A stretch of DNA of 64,000 bases from Antedon mediterranea (taxonomy: Eukaryota > Animalia > Echinodermata), in NCBI RefSeq assembly GCF_964355755.1, contig NC_092672.1:4650001-4714000 (forward strand), in the 5' to 3' direction. The stretch's first letter is position 1. Every line of letters starts with the position of its first letter. The position numbers and the translations under genes were made by a program. The notes below the pieces were generated by a model that was not told the DNA's origin, did no database searches, and saw only the letters and a list, made by a program, of their open reading frames with translations. Positions 34,701 through 44,796 of the stretch are shown piece after piece.

Positions 34701-37638
34701 CATACATTCTTATATTTCCTGGGCTAGGTAGAGATTTAAAAAACTACTATAGTAGAATCATATTTGGGGCCTAACATAGTCTCCCCTGAGTAGGGCGTGG
34801 CTAAAGGAGAGGGCGTGGCTTTGCTATATCCGCTGTTTGTACTCAAATATCACACTTGGTTATAAATAACACAATCTACAGAGATGATTACCGACGAGTA
34901 ATTTGACGAGCATACATGATTCTCAATGTCAATAAATAATTGAAATGTAATTATAAAAACAAATAATTTGTTGTTACCTGAACCGATGGTAAAGAGACGA
35001 GAAAATGTGCAAAGTGAAACATATAGAAATCAAACGCGGCTAGAAATAATAATGTATTAAGGAATATAAACAATAATATTTATAGTAATAGTATAGTATA
35101 ATGTACAGTACTATTTAAAAATGTGCTTAAAGGCCAGGTGCGGGCAAAAAATGTCTATTGATCATACAGTCCAATAATTATTGATCTATAGTTTCCCCTA
35201 TGTTTCATAATTTTTGGGATTTTATTTGTGTTTTTACACAAGCTTGTTGAAAATAAGCACTTTCTTATCAGTGGGGGGATAGTTCAAATTACACAGTAAA
35301 ATCTCTATTCTTTTGTACACAAATTTTGTAAATAGAGAGGAATTTTAAAAAGCTATGAAAACTAAACAGTGTGGTAAAAAATGTTATCAGATGACTAAAT
35401 ATAGCTAATATAACTTGAATATTACATTTATGGTATTTTTATTCAACTTCAGATTTTTATTTTCATGCTATAGCAAAAATTATCCACCGCATATCCACCA
35501 TCTTTTTTCACCTTCTAGGGAGTCACCAGAAATGTTATTACATTAGGTTAACCACCTAACTACTGAAAAAAAGTCTTCCTGGTTTTTATGGAAGAATTTT
35601 GCCAAATTTTGTATTTGACGATATTAAGGGAAATTCATGTTTTTTCGTCTTGATTTCTGTTACAAATATTTGATTTATGTACAATTGACCACAATTTTTA
35701 TTAAAATTTCATGCCTGTACCTGAGCTTTAAAAGAAAAAATATCAATTCATTAAGTATACATAACCACAGCAAAAAAGTGATAAACTGGTAGTTTAAGGA
35801 TACAGAGTTGTAAACAGTTTGGAGCCATGTATGAGAGTTTATTGTGATAGAACTGTGGCACAGCAGATCCTTGTTTAAATGCATCTCTTGTGGGAGCCTA
35901 CAAAATAAAATAACAACCACTGTAAAATACTCTTTCCTAGATAGATATACATAATTATATACTGTAGTATTACTGTACGTGGGCCAGGCAAAAAACAAGC
36001 ATATCAATCACAAATAGACCATTATACTGTACTACTTATTGTGTTTTTCTCTGTGTTTATTCACCCAAGAACACATGGCAATGTTTCACTGGATAACAGG
36101 TTATCATTCTGTTAAAACTACTGTACTTAAAATATTGAGATTTATCTATGTGGAGTTACAAAAAGAATGTGTTTATTTATGTTATGTTACGTATACAGGT
36201 AATACAACATCCACCCCTTCAAACAATATACTATTTTTCAAAAATAAAATTACAAATTTAAATATAAAACTTACTGGTAGCAAGTCTACTGGAAACTCAA
36301 ATTTCACTGTCGGATCCGCTTGAAATTTGTAGATGAGATCAAAAAGTGAACCGGTAGGTGAAAGAAAGTCACGTACGATCTTGAAATCACTCTGCATGCT
36401 CTCCTTGGTTGTTCTCAGACGCACATCATGCCATGGGTTCTGTCTGGTGTCCTCCATCAGGTTCAGACCCCATCCTGTAGGCTTATTGTGACTGAAGATG
36501 TCTTGTAATAGCCTAGGAAAAATGGGCTTAAGTTCCTGAAAAAAAAATGAAACAAGAAGAGTTTATAAACAAGCTGTGTAAAGGTTATTATAGCAGCTAA
36601 TTCTTATTTGGTACTACTACCCAAACAATTATATTAGATAACATTTTCTAATGGGCTAGTACTGTACATTGTGTACTCTTACAGATATATTAGGTCCTAA
36701 AGCACACTATAGCTATTGGCTGAGCCAACTGACATGAATTACACTTTGCTCACAGTGTGCGCCGAACGTGAGCTAATAGCTCACTAAAAAATTCCAATAC
36801 ATGTACATTCTAATTTAATAATAAGTCAGTGAGTGCCCTACCCTAGTGTAGTAAGTAAGTAATTATCCATTATATTATAAACTTCAGGAAAAAAACAATA
36901 CAGTAATAAAATACACAATATATATAATTATAATTTAGGTTAATTTCAACACTTTAAGTAATTTGCAAGTGTTGCAGCTTTAATTTGCGGCAGACCTTAT
37001 AATTGTAGTGGACGAAAAGCTGTTGCAATTCCTCACATCTTCGCCGTACTCCCAATGATGGTAGTTTACTAACTCTTTCCTACAAAACGGAAGAAAAAAA
37101 AATTAATACAAATCATCAAAAGTAATAATTAATTAATAATGCACTTGACCCCCTCAATAATTAATAATGACTAATGTAATTATGGACTAGTCCTAGACTA
37201 GCCTAGGCCCTACTATTAATTATTATTTAATTTTAGTTAACTATAAAACACAGCTACTAGGCTAGGCCTAGTAGGCTAGGCTGATCTCAGCTACGATTAA
37301 TATAATTAAATACTGGTAAATTATTGAAATTAAAACGTTTTAAATTAAACATTAAGTGAATGAAAATGAATACGATTGGCTAGGCCTAGGTAGGTAGGCC
37401 CACGTTCTCTACCGCGTGACGGCAATGAATTAACTTTGCCTGTCGACAGCGTCATGATGAAAACATGATGAGGCCTGGAAATTTTAAAGGTTTTTAATAA
37501 CATTATAAATGTACAGGAAAAACCTAATAACGTTCATTATACTTATTTAGAAAATATAAAAAAACTTTAGAAACGTTTTCCTACCAAAATAGGAGAAAAA
37601 CGATCTCGATTTTGCTGCGAGCTCATGGAAGCAGACAT
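25419..37638 (-). CDS. SMPD4: Sphingomyelin phosphodiesterase 4 (neutral sphingomyelinase 3), complete 17-exon CDS, about 798 aa
   Basis: Manually assembled exons: 37585-37638, 36996-37079, 36275-36535, 35804-35897, 34978-35039, 34441-34604, 33916-33942, 30935-31145, 30101-30240, 29561-29648, 28817-28911, 27957-28120, 27411-27601, 26832-27026, 26202-26315, 25982-26110, 25419-25742 (2397 nt, all phases compatible, GT-AG). Motifs recognised from vertebrate SMPD4: KFEFPVDLLP, WRSEILIQVLVEFWL, VRMLVKHLHFFANS, RWPLDSSFR, ETWLSFIQPWRY, LTPLGRYQIVNGLRRF, GNPDLQPIRTYE, PRICLRFLASYR plus C-terminal hydrophobic anchor. Confidence 0.95.
25982..26110 (-). CDS. SMPD4: SMPD4 exon 16
   Basis: IVNGLRRFNVTYNGNPDLQPIRTYENKCLVRFLHKLSTWLNTV, phase 0-0. 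Confidence 0.93.
26202..26315 (-). CDS. SMPD4: SMPD4 exon 15
   Basis: METISHNT...APDMSGGELTPLGRYQ, phase 0-0. Confidence 0.9.
26435..26797 (-). mobile_element. tRNA-derived SINE (related subfamily) in an SMPD4 intron
   Basis: A-box-like TCGCCGAGCGGTTAAGG, B-box-like GGTTCAAGTC, central ctggtggtagaacaagtcttc...gataaggac...gtgcactttaaagaacc shared with 42240-42560. Confidence 0.8.
26832..27026 (-). CDS. SMPD4: SMPD4 exon 14
   Basis: MEQLLKNISQ...YLEYSMSYFGKIFQ, phase 0-0. Confidence 0.9.
27411..27601 (-). CDS. SMPD4: SMPD4 exon 13
   Basis: AEHSVTNYH...EVEGPSFRYRSMFGFQCKQM, phase 1-0. Confidence 0.88.
27957..28120 (-). CDS. SMPD4: SMPD4 exon 12
   Basis: KKFVGENLHFYTILFQEYIQRALRHDL...MLFRVGKVFGQ, phase 2-1. 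Confidence 0.92.
28140..28560. repeat. 39/42-bp intronic minisatellite
   Basis: Units taatacatgagtgttgaaggggatgatgggtaatttgtt(tgt), about 10 copies. Confidence 0.93.
28817..28911 (-). CDS. SMPD4: SMPD4 exon 11
   Basis: MLETWLSFIQPWRYMDPQNINDDKDQPMSTA, phase 0-2. Confidence 0.92.
28955..29484 (-). mobile_element. MITE family A copy with expanded 21-bp repeat (about 9 units) and a nested retroposon tail (29196-29400)
   Basis: (cccaaatacggtagtgatatg)n, interrupted by an AT-rich segment ending in (TAAA)n/polyA, after which the MITE resumes. Confidence 0.85.
29561..29648 (-). CDS. SMPD4: SMPD4 exon 10
   Basis: CIIPMVQNKLYAFFRHGFDRWPLDSSFRL, phase 2-0. Confidence 0.93.
29690..30000 (-). mobile_element. 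L2/CR1-group LINE 3' fragment
   Basis: TFADWSFSCTAPFLWNALPQSIKNSNSIDIFKQLLKTLLF matches the L2/CR1 ORF2 C-terminal motif; tail gcgctatacaaa...(ATT)n. Confidence 0.85.
30101..30240 (-). CDS. SMPD4: SMPD4 exon 9
   Basis: ANVLPSQDLVRLVRMLVKHLHFFANS...PLEDLK, phase 0-2. Confidence 0.93.
30408..30885. repeat. 17-bp degenerate minisatellite (ttcaactgcaagactta)n
   Basis: About 28 units in the intron between SMPD4 exons 8 and 9. Confidence 0.93.
30935..31145 (-). CDS. SMPD4: SMPD4 exon 8
   Basis: QSGGQQPQVSLLRNIN...ENWRSEILIQVLVEFWLNQ...QQVR, phase 2-0; alternative donor 6 nt earlier (exon end 30941). Confidence 0.9.
31249..31404 (-). mobile_element. MITE family A copy
   Basis: TIR and internal repeats; carries a 5-bp insertion at 31365-31371. 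Confidence 0.82.
31607..31803. mobile_element. MITE family B-related copy
   Basis: AGCGTGGTTCCCACTAG ... CTAGTGGGAACCAAGC. Confidence 0.8.
32433..32578 (-). mobile_element. MITE family A copy
   Basis: TIR remnants and internal repeats. Confidence 0.8.
33564..33817 (+). mobile_element. TTAA-flanked Kolobok-like MITE, second full copy
   Basis: Colinear with 22414-22739, TTAA at both ends. Confidence 0.85.
33916..33942 (-). CDS. SMPD4: SMPD4 27-nt microexon (exon 7, possibly alternative)
   Basis: cttttatctgttttctag|ACCTGGTGGAGTTCTGTGGTCTTACTT|GTAAGT, phase 2-2, open in the SMPD4 frame (RPGGVLWSYL). Confidence 0.65.
34441..34604 (-). CDS. SMPD4: SMPD4 exon 6
   Basis: PVQNACTIENSLYTNLVEDYLNCFLPISGNRVP..., phase 0-2. 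Confidence 0.9.
34978..35039 (-). CDS. SMPD4: SMPD4 exon 5 (follows the U12 intron)
   Basis: SAFDFYMFHFAHFLVSLPSVQ, equivalent to vertebrate NPFEYYIFFFALSL; phase 1-0. Confidence 0.9.
35040..35803 (-). other. U12-type (minor spliceosome) GT-AG intron of SMPD4
   Basis: 5' site GTATCCTT (35796-35803) and branch sequence TTCCTTAAT (35056-35064) about 17 nt upstream of the AG, no long pyrimidine tract; the flanking exons join in frame. Confidence 0.9.
35127..35731. mobile_element. Old TTAA-flanked DNA transposon inside the U12 intron
   Basis: TTAA-AGGCCAGGTGCGGGCA ... TGCCTGTACCTGAGCT-TTAA (12/16 TIR match). Confidence 0.65.
35804..35897 (-). CDS. SMPD4: SMPD4 exon 4
   Basis: APTRDAFKQGSAVPQFYHNKLSYMAPNCLQL, phase 0-1, ends at GTATCCTT. 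Confidence 0.88.
36275..36535 (-). CDS. SMPD4: SMPD4 exon 3
   Basis: ELKPIFPRLLQDIF...GWGL...DFLSPTGSLFDLIYKFQADPTVKFEFPVDLLP, phase 0-0. Confidence 0.93.
36996..37079 (-). CDS. SMPD4: SMPD4 exon 2
   Basis: ERVSKLPSLGVRRRCEELQQLFVHYNYK, phase 0-0; strong acceptor, weaker GTCTGC donor. Confidence 0.82.
37585..37638 (-). CDS. SMPD4: SMPD4 exon 1 (start codon)
   Basis: aaaATG TCT GCT TCC ATG...ATT TTG|GTAGGA = MSASMSSQQNRDRFSPIL; second in-frame ATG 12 nt downstream. Confidence 0.75.
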
Positions 37639-40600
37639 TTTGAAAACACTTTTCCCAAGCTACGAATAGAGGGCGGCAATCAATTTTTCTATCACACATT
37701 TTCGTACACATACGACGACGCGTCATTAGGAACCACTGTATTTGCGTCGACTTTCTTATACATGAAAGGCAGGGGGAAGGTGCGTGGTGGGTATTATCAT
37801 TTTGTGTGCTACCAAATTTAAAACCTGTAATATTAGCACATCATAACTGCACTTTTTCAGCCTTTTCCTTCATGCTGAAGTTTTCACCTTTTATTGAATA
37901 TGATGTTATCGTTAAGAAGAGGGGCTTTTTAAGCACTGAGTGCTTCGCCTCGATCCCGTAGACGAAAGTGTACGAGAAACAAGTAAACAAGTAATGGCCC
38001 CTAGACTATAGATAGCTACTTATTAAATTATCTTTTGAAGGCCAACTACATACATTATTCCCAAAAAAAATGTTTTTGCGCGCGTGCATAAAAAATAAGA
38101 ATTGGATGATGATGAGGGATGCCCTGTCCATGACCTTGGCTCGGAGACTTTCCGTGTGTGATTAAACAATGTTGTTATGCTCTGATTCCAGAGAGCTCCC
38201 CTTAAATACAATTAACTAGCCAATCATTTCACTTAAAATTATCTAAACTTATGCTGCTGCTACTACTGGGAAACACTTAATCGCGCGGGAAATGTCACAC
38301 ACGCTAGATAATAATTTCACTAGAGTGACAAGGACAAAGTGCCCATAAATTTCGTTTGCTATCATTATTTTAAACGTGTTGTGATACCTTGTAAATAAAT
38401 AGAGGTCTATTAAAGCAACGGTCAAGAACGACAACCTTTTCCAGACGATGGTCATTGTAAGGTGAGGGTCAATTGCAAGGCTCTTCGTCACATTTTCTAA
38501 ATATTTGACCACTAATAATCGGGTCATTTTCACATTTGTGACATTCTACATTTTGTACAGCAAACATATTATCAGGTCTACACTACATTTTAAATTAGAA
38601 TTCGATTAATAAAATTAATAACGCCACCCCAATGCATGTTGTTCTCTCAGAAGTTGAATCTAAATTGTACAAATCAAATAAGACAAAAAAATAAATACCC
38701 TTCTTCTGCGAACAAATTTAATGGACATAGAGGGTGAGGCCTATATTTTCTGAATGGACTGGTTTGTAATTTCTTAATGTTCTGTTGTTGTATGGTTATA
38801 GGTTATAGAAAAGGTTGATTCGTCGATTTTTACTTGCATATTTTATATTCTTAATGGTTCCGAGAGAAACCAGAATTCGTCAACTAACAAATGTGATGTA
38901 CCCTTTTGATCCATTGTACAGGACCTATGGCCTCTTCCTTTGTAACCTCAACAGCTAGAGATTGTTATTTTAGATTGTTATGTCCGTCCCGGCGTGTCAT
39001 AATGTGAACAATACATCCGAGGGGTTCTCCAAAACGGCCTTTAGAAAGAATACAATGTTTGTTTGTTTTTGTTTTTTAAATTTAAAGAGATCTTTTTTTG
39101 GTTAGTGGAGGTCGTCGTTTATATAAAAAAAAGTTCAGATTATGGGTTATGTGTACTTACGGCGCTCTAAGTGCCAATGCCATCGATATACAGAATGTTA
39201 TGAAAAATCACTTGTTGAAACTTGTGCATCTATAAAAAAATAAATATCTGCAAGTACAAATAGGTATGATTGATGCGCTGCCTGCCTGCAAATGGTGTAC
39301 ATTACATCGCTGCAAGTTCGCCCATCGGTCACATAGTCTGTACCCTACATCAAGATCCATAATATTTCAACTGAATGTATTCTATAATTTGATTTATGTT
39401 GATAAAAACTTAGTAAAATCGGATCGTATGCTGATCTGTTAACCCTGCTGCCAAAGCGAAAATGGCCCCTCTTTTCGGCAGACAAGAAATAATTGTTTAC
39501 GGTTTTGTTGTGCGATTTCTTGCATCCTGTTTACACAATTAAATTATGACTAAATAAATGTATCTGTATTTGATCAAATCTATTTGCAATTCAATTGAGA
39601 TTTTAACATAAAGCAAAACAATGTGGTCCTGTGTGTGGAAGCACCCTGGATTCTCGTTTAAGTTGCCACCTACACCTCTTTTAATCTGAATAACTAGTAC
39701 ACCTTTCCCCAGGCTCTGACACATCAACTTCATAAAGTATCATTAGGGGGAAAAAAGAATCAAGGGAAGATCAAACGGAATCTTTACGCTGGTTTTTATT
39801 CAGAATCGTACGTACGTACTTTTCCAAACGTGAAACCGCACAGCTCACTGTGACTTCCATATGTTTTTACATGCAGGCTAGGGTTCACGAAGATACACAA
39901 CAAGCACAAACTTTCTTACTATTTATAAAGTACTTTAGGAAAGGTGCACATAAATAAAAGATGTATTAAAAAAGGTACCCACCTAAATTAATACATTAAG
40001 GAGATTTTAATTCGCTTACTGGAGAGAGATCCTGAGTTTAATTGCATAGATAACGAGCGATTGTATTTTGTAGCAAATCATCTTCTTCGGCGACGTTTTT
40101 TTATGAGTTCAGACAGCGGGCACCTAGCCACCTCAACGTGCAAACTTCGCATCTGGCAAGGGTTATTTGAACCAATTGTTCCCATGAGAAGTAGTTTCTC
40201 TTTTGAAGCGATAAATCTTCGTTTCGCTAGTATGAAAAAAAAAGATATGGAGAGAAATAAACAACCTTGGCATGAAGGAATGTATAAAGGACATCACCCC
40301 CATGACAAATGATCAGGTTTCTTTTACATTGTACAATACATTTAATTTTGTTCGGTGCAATTAGATTAAAGCAGAACAATAAAGTAATCTATTAGGTAAG
40401 TCTGTCGGACCTTGAAATGATGTCAAGATCAAACTACCTTTTAAAGCGAAGGTTTGAAACCGAGGTAGAAGAAAGGGATGTGATCCAACAAGAAGTATAC
40501 CCTGACATTTAGCTATCTTCACCTAAGTGCCACCCCCCAGTCATCCACCCTCAGTCTCGATCAACTTGTGGTCGACACTGTTGCCGCTTCGAAGAGATGA

Positions 40601-41154
40601 AAAAAAAAGGATCCGAAGATCCAACATTATTGTCAATAAGAACCCTTAACTGAGTCCTGTCCGAGTCTACGTCACCATAGCCCTCAACCACCCTCGGTAC
40701 GTCTTGGTATCTAGTTGTGTTCGACACCGTTGCCGCTCCGAAAGGATGAAAAGGAGATGCAAAACCAAGTTGTCAAGAAAGACACTCTTCTAACTGATAG
40801 TCAAATGACTTCTGCCTCACGTCCTCCTCCTTTCTGCATACAAAACCCTTATCTTTATACTAGATCCACGTAGGCCTAATACGTAAACAACATTGTAACA
40901 CGTTCCAATTTCTTACAAAAAGATCACTCATCATTGTTTTCTAAATATCATTGACAACACTATTTTATATCAAGATTTTACACCAAAAAAAATACGGACA
41001 TGTGAACTTCAATTGAATGAAGAGAATGAACAAATGCAAGCATTGCGTAATAGATAGGATTGGTCATAGGCCTACTAACTAATTAATGATGTCGTCATCA
41101 GTCGGGTGTAGAATACTAAACGTGCATTTTAAGATAATATGGATTTCTTTCAAA

Positions 41155-41300
41155 AGCTCTGTCTGCACTATCAAACTTTATGTGACAAAACTGTGATGTG
41201 CCCAAATACGGAGTGATATGCTTAAATATTGTAGTGATATGACATCATCATGTCCATGCGCACATAACATTTTTTGTGTGTAGATAATGTAGACGGAGCG
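41155..41300 (+). mobile_element. MITE family A copy (diverged)
   Basis: agctctgtctgcactatcaaac ... gtagacggagc. Confidence 0.78.
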
Positions 41301-42239
41301 TTAGATGTTCTGTTTTCTTTATAGGCCCAAAAATGTTAACTTCTTGTAGAAATTTTCTAAACTTCTAAAAGGTCACATTACGTAACAACAGAACGTCTGG
41401 GAATGGACGGCTGGGGAAATGGAGAAAACGTGCACTTGTATCTATATAAAAAAATATAAAAATCTTTTCTGCTTCATTTGATCTTGCAACTGACCTTGGT
41501 TATGTTGGATTGTGTCCAGTGACTTGTTTGGCAATCGCCCCGAATACTTTCACTTCCAAGGCTGAGGCTCAGAAGAAAGACATGCTCCTTTTCTTCAACA
41601 GTTTTACAGCTATAACAAATAATTAATATCGGTAAATCAAATTTATTAAATTCAATTCGTGAAACAATTTAAAGGTTAGATGTCATGGATGAATGTTGTT
41701 GTTGAACTCAACAGAGGGATCGTTTTCCCTCGTTTGTTGCGAGAATTGAAGATGTTAATCTTTTTGTCCCATTTTTCTTAATTTCATCACCTAATCTTCC
41801 CATTTTACTGACTTGTTTCTGAACTGTTTTATACAACTGGTATTTTGCTAAATGACATTTAAAGTCATGTGTTATCGCACTGTATATTTTATTTAAGATT
41901 AAAATTATAATTCCATGAACGAAAAGTTCAAATAGAATACCATGGATATTGTGTAATCATCAACAACATGTCTAGTCGGCCTGTGATTTGTGTCTATGTC
42001 CTTGAGAGTTGATAAATGTAAAAATTAAATTACCGATTCCTGGACCATCGCAACATTGGGAATCTAATTCAAGTTTTCTTGATTCACGTATAAACTATAA
42101 ATTGCTATAAACATTGTTGTAATAATACCTTAAAAATTAGACCTTGAAGAAAGAAAAAACTTATGTAACTTTGTATCAACGATTACGGTATGCAGCAGTC
42201 ATTCGTGTGATTCGAACCACGGCATTGAAAGTAAAAGGT

Positions 42240-42560
42240 GAGTGAGTGAGTGAGTGGCCGAGCGGTTAAGACAGTGGAACCGTAATCACGTAGCCATAAC
42301 ATATCGGCAGGGGTTCGGGGCTCACTCACTCCATGGTTCTGGTGGTAGAACAAGTCTTCTCGGATAAGGACTATAAACCGTAGGTCCAGTGTACACATCT
42401 AGCTCGTGTGCACTTTAAAGAACCTAGTACATCTTTCGAGACGAGTAGGGGGTTACCCCGGTGTATTAGTACATCACAGCCACTGATCACCAACTGGGCC
42501 CTCTGGGAGACCAGTCAAAGACTGAAGAGGTTACCCAGTATAAATATATATTTCAATCAA
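42240..42560 (+). mobile_element. Full-length tRNA-derived SINE, central domain resembling the Meta-SINE core
   Basis: A box TGGCCGAGCGG (42255-42265), degenerate B box GGTTCG, core ggataaggactataaaccgtaggtcc...gcactttaaagaacc; two further copies in the window. Meta-SINE assignment is from memory and needs a Dfam/Repbase check. Confidence 0.85.
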
Positions 42561-44680
42561 AGGTGAGGCCCAATGAAGCTTCTTCAACAGCAGTGTTTTG
42601 ATATAACGTTCGGGGTATGTGTAATAATTGACTTTAAGAATAAATCAATACAAATATTAGTGGCGTATGTGATAGGCCTGCACACTTATTAGGAGAATTC
42701 GAACGGAACGAAATTAGCATAAATATTGGTTTCCACTATGTTTCAATGCAACGTACGGACGTAGTTGATTTGATAATTCGTTTATCTTTTTATTTCAAAA
42801 TGCCATAAACAAAATCTCATATTATTCATAGCAAATACTTAATAACACACTTACACAAAAAACAAACAAATAAAACGCCGAAATCGACTTTGTATGATCC
42901 GTAGCTTGTGTATTGTACCCGGTATTGTATGTAAGTTTTCACGCCCCGTCCCTCTTTTATTTATTTATTTTAAAGAAACCGAAGTGTAGTCCTATGGCCG
43001 GATTCAAATCAACGACGACCACTTCTGATGTGGTGACTGTCACATGATGCAATTATATTAAAATATTCATAAATATGAATTTCCACCTGTTCTACTAAAA
43101 AATACACAAAAACCATTTATAAGATCTATTTTGTCATCATAAACCTGTATCCGCATTCCAAAACAAAAAGTCCATACCAGATTAAACAATTTCCGATTGA
43201 GGCATTAATAATGACGTGTTAACGTAAATCTCTATGGGAGTCGGGGTTGGTGAAAAGTACGCTGCCTTACCCCGGAGAGTACATGGGCTACTGCGCTCGA
43301 CATGTGCCGCTGAATGTTTGCGGTAAATGTTTGGGGGTGGACTCGGCGGCCGCAAGGGTTCATACATTCCGTTGTGGTGGAAGACACTGACATTCTCTTA
43401 CATTAATACAACATTCAATTGATTGCATCGGGTCCGACAACATGTGGACAGTAATTTAATTAACTTATTAACAAATCCTTGGTTTACTGTATAGACAATA
43501 ATACAAGATGATTTGACTGTGACCGCCTTTAAGTTGGATTCAATTCAACTTAGATAAACACAAATTAAATCCACCAAATTCAAGCTTATTTGGTTTATTT
43601 ACGGACAATACTATTCACATTTTCAAATTAACTACCGGTACCGGTATAGCCTACTATACTATGTATAATAGCGATTTGATATAATTATAATACCTATTAT
43701 AGGCCTAAATGTTAAATATTGCATGGTAACATAATTGTTTTTGTTCAATTCTCTTTCATTTTAAGTCAATTCGGCCTATATTAAGGTATGGGTACTAGGA
43801 GATACCATGGATTTATAAAGAATCTTTAATCCATGGAGATACATAAGAAAAATCAGTTCTTTTGATTTGACTAATTTTGCACAAAAAATGAAAAACAAAC
43901 TATTGTTTTTTTGTAGGGACTGTAAAGCATGCTTTTGACTTTAAATGAAATAAATCGATGGATCGATCGATCAACTGATTGATCGATTGGACGTGTTATC
44001 ATTTGTCTTACTTGGTAAGATGATTCACAGGCTTTGTCATAGGGATTTATAGTTCACTTTTGTGTTTCCTGCCACTTACATTGTAGTAAAAGATATTCTG
44101 TAAAAATATTTCATATATTTCATTTGTTTACCCTTTCTGCTTTTACCCTTTTCGAAAAATGTTTGGCAAGCCTTGAGAGGCCCCTCTTTAAACTTCGTTT
44201 ACCTCGGCGTCGAAGGATCAAATTTAAAGAAAGGTGCCAAATCTGTCAGTTAATAAGCTTTTTGCGAGTTTGATAAAAGTTCATATAAACAAAATGCATC
44301 TATTCGTGCCTAACAAGATGGAAAATGGAGGTGAAAATACGACTATCAAAATAATTTGACTGGGTTAAAATAATGGAGAAAACGTTGACCCAAAGATTGC
44401 AAAATAATCGACACATTTTTTTTCAATTTGTTGGCCCTGGAAGTATTTCGAATCCATTCTCCATTTTACTGATTTCATTTATTGATTTTGTTTGTTCATT
44501 GATTGATTTACTTTATTAACCAGAGTCACAAAAATACATACAATGTAAACATATAAAATAATTTAAAAATCTGTACAACAGACTCAAGTTAAAAGGATAT
44601 CTCATCAAAAAAGTAAAATACTTAATTCCATTGGGGTCCAGAAGAAATTAAAAATCAAAATCCAAGACGTAAAAAAAGAT

Positions 44681-44796
44681 ATGATTTAAAATGTTTTAAC
44701 ATTTTAAATCATGAAAGAACAAATAACAATCAAAAGTTTTTATAAAATGTTTAAAAACATTTTATAAAAACTTTTGATTGTTATTTGTTCTTTCAT
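44681..44796. repeat. Two abutting perfect AT-rich palindromes (15-bp and 42-bp arms)
   Basis: 44681-44695/44698-44712 and 44711-44752/44755-44796, each with a 2-nt centre. Confidence 0.92.

Noticed and set aside
40520-40800. Diverged tandem duplication (cgacac(t/c)gttgccgct) as a coding or structured RNA element
   Set aside because: Both copies contain stops and I see no conserved pairing.
42250-42330. tRNA gene (also 9440-9500, 17250-17310, 18300-18370)
   Set aside because: A/B-box remnants only, no cloverleaf; these are SINE heads or repeat-embedded.
43233-43390. GC-rich short ORF MGVGVGEKY...CGGRH
   Set aside because: About 50 codons, no recognisable domain or splice support; could equally be regulatory DNA.
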